64,000 bases of DNA from a virus (Duplodnaviria > Heunggongvirae > Uroviricota > Caudoviricetes): IMG/VR virus record IMGVR_UViG_3300035494_000066; one strand, 5' to 3'. The notes beneath the pieces are model-generated. The model saw nothing but the letters and a program-made list of their open reading frames with translations, did not search any database and was not told the origin of the DNA. Shown here one piece after another: positions 62,870 to 64,000 of the stretch. The first letter of the stretch is position 1. The number at the start of each line of letters is the position of its first letter. The translations under genes and the position numbers were made by a program.

Positions 62870-64000
62870 ACATTCTAGGCATTAGTTGTGGCTATCATGA
62901 TGCTGCAATGACATTAATTAACCAACACGGCGATATACTCTTCGCTAGTCATAGCGAGCGGTTTAGCGGAGTTAAGCACGACCCAATGTTAGACTTAGGC
63001 TTAATCGACTCTGTATTAAAGTACGGATTAATAGATACAATCGCTTATTACGAAATTCCGTGGAAGCGCAAGATCCGAGAGCTGTACTCGGGCCAAAAGT
63101 CAACTACTCCATGGACGTTGCGGCAGCAACTTAAAGACAACGGTCTAATAGCATCATCTGCTAATACTATTTCGTTTCCGCACCATCTTAGTCACGCAGC
63201 AGCTGGGTTTCAGACAAGCCCTTTTTCTAGCGCCGCTTGTTTGGTTATAGATGCAGTAGGCGAGTGGGACACCGTGTCTATATTTGATGCGCATTACAAC
63301 AATAACGGCGAAGCGTGTTACAAAAAGGTATTTTCTAAAAAATACCCAAACAGTATAGGACTGTTTTACAGCGCAATTACCGAGTACATTGGCTTAAACC
63401 CGATGAACGAAGAGTACATCACAATGGGGATGGCCGCATGGGGCGCGCCTATATACAAGCAGAAGATGCTAGATGAGATTTTCAATGGCACTAATGTAAA
63501 GCAGAATTTGCATATAGGCTTTCCTGAGAATTACTTTGGAACTGCTGACGATGTTGACATTGCTGCAAGCGCCCAGGCAATTGTCGAAGACGTAATTTAC
63601 GATTACGCTAAGTTAGCACTAGAACTAACAGGGTCTGAGAACTTGGTGTATATGGGCGGTGTGGCGTTAAATTGTGTAGCGAACAGCAAGTTAACATCTT
63701 TAACTGACTATATATGGATCATGCCAAATCCGGGCGACGCAGGATCTAGCTTAGGCGCTGCAGCACTAGCGTATAAGAAGAAACTTAATTGGAATAGCCC
63801 GTTTTTAGGGCACGACATCAAAGGAGACTACCCAGTCGATGACTTGATTAATGAGTTGTTATCGCGTAAAATAGTAGGTGTAGCTGCTGGCCCGGCAGAA
63901 TTCGGGCCCCGAGCATTAGGTAATCGGAGTTTGCTAGCGGACCCGCGCGGCAGCGAGATAAAAGCTACAGTAAACAGCATTAAGCGTCGGCAGCAATTCC
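62866..64000 (+). CDS. O-carbamoyltransferase, NodU/CmcH/TobZ family (partial, runs off the right edge; absent from the ORF track)
   Basis: MNILGISCGYHDAA, ERFSGVKHD, HHLSHAAAG, DAVGE, GGVALNCVAN, PNPGDAGSSLG and EFGPRALGNRSLLADPR motifs. Confidence 0.95.
   Translation, partial: MNILGISCGYHDAAMTLINQHGDILFASHSERFSGVKHDPMLDLGLIDSVLKYGLIDTIAYYEIPWKRKIRELYSGQKSTTPWTLRQQLKDNGLIASSANTISFPHHLSHAAAGFQTSPFSSAACLVIDAVGEWDTVSIFDAHYNNNGEACYKKVFSKKYPNSIGLFYSAITEYIGLNPMNEEYITMGMAAWGAPIYKQKMLDEIFNGTNVKQNLHIGFPENYFGTADDVDIAASAQAIVEDVIYDYAKLALELTGSENLVYMGGVALNCVANSKLTSLTDYIWIMPNPGDAGSSLGAAALAYKKKLNWNSPFLGHDIKGDYPVDDLINELLSRKIVGVAAGPAEFGPRALGNRSLLADPRGSEIKATVNSIKRRQQF

Noticed and set aside
1-64000. Stop-codon reassignment, inteins or homing-endonuclease insertions
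   Set aside because: Core genes are full length and uninterrupted in the standard code, coding density is high, and no intein or endonuclease insert is evident in gp20, gp23, gp46 or gp47.

Overview
A 64-kb piece of a large T4-like (myovirus, probably jumbo) bacteriophage genome in the standard genetic code. No tRNA, rRNA, CRISPR array, intron or intein was seen. From left to right: (i) minus-strand fibre/virion proteins, including a 1750-aa Thr/Gly/Val-rich repeat fibre; (ii) the head module (gp23 capsid, gp22 scaffold, gp21 protease, acidic core protein, gp20 portal) and a tape-measure gene; (iii) a gp26/gp51-like chaperone pair joined by a likely -1 frameshift; (iv) an ~790-bp non-coding island holding a modular GCCTA repeat array, a ~410-nt multi-stem RNA-like element on the minus strand, and GAA-loop DNA hairpins; (v) a Holliday-junction-resolvase-like nuclease, an Hc1-like basic protein, gp46/gp47 and the gp55 late sigma factor; (vi) a plus-strand baseplate module (gp48/54-like, gp53, hub, gp5, gp25, gp6, a 4216-aa gp7-like protein, short fibres); (vii) a >=14-kb translationally coupled tailoring operon behind a sigma70-type promoter, with three glycosyltransferase-like genes, six tandem radical-SAM genes, an unknown protein, an SGNH-like protein, a 38-aa peptide and a NodU/CmcH carbamoyltransferase that runs off the end. 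TAAATA late promoters precede most structural transcription units. The best candidates for undescribed systems are the structured RNA/repeat island (18.4-19.2 kb) and the radical-SAM/GT/carbamoyl operon with its possible peptide shuttle. All calls come from motif reading by eye; no database searches or folding programs were run.
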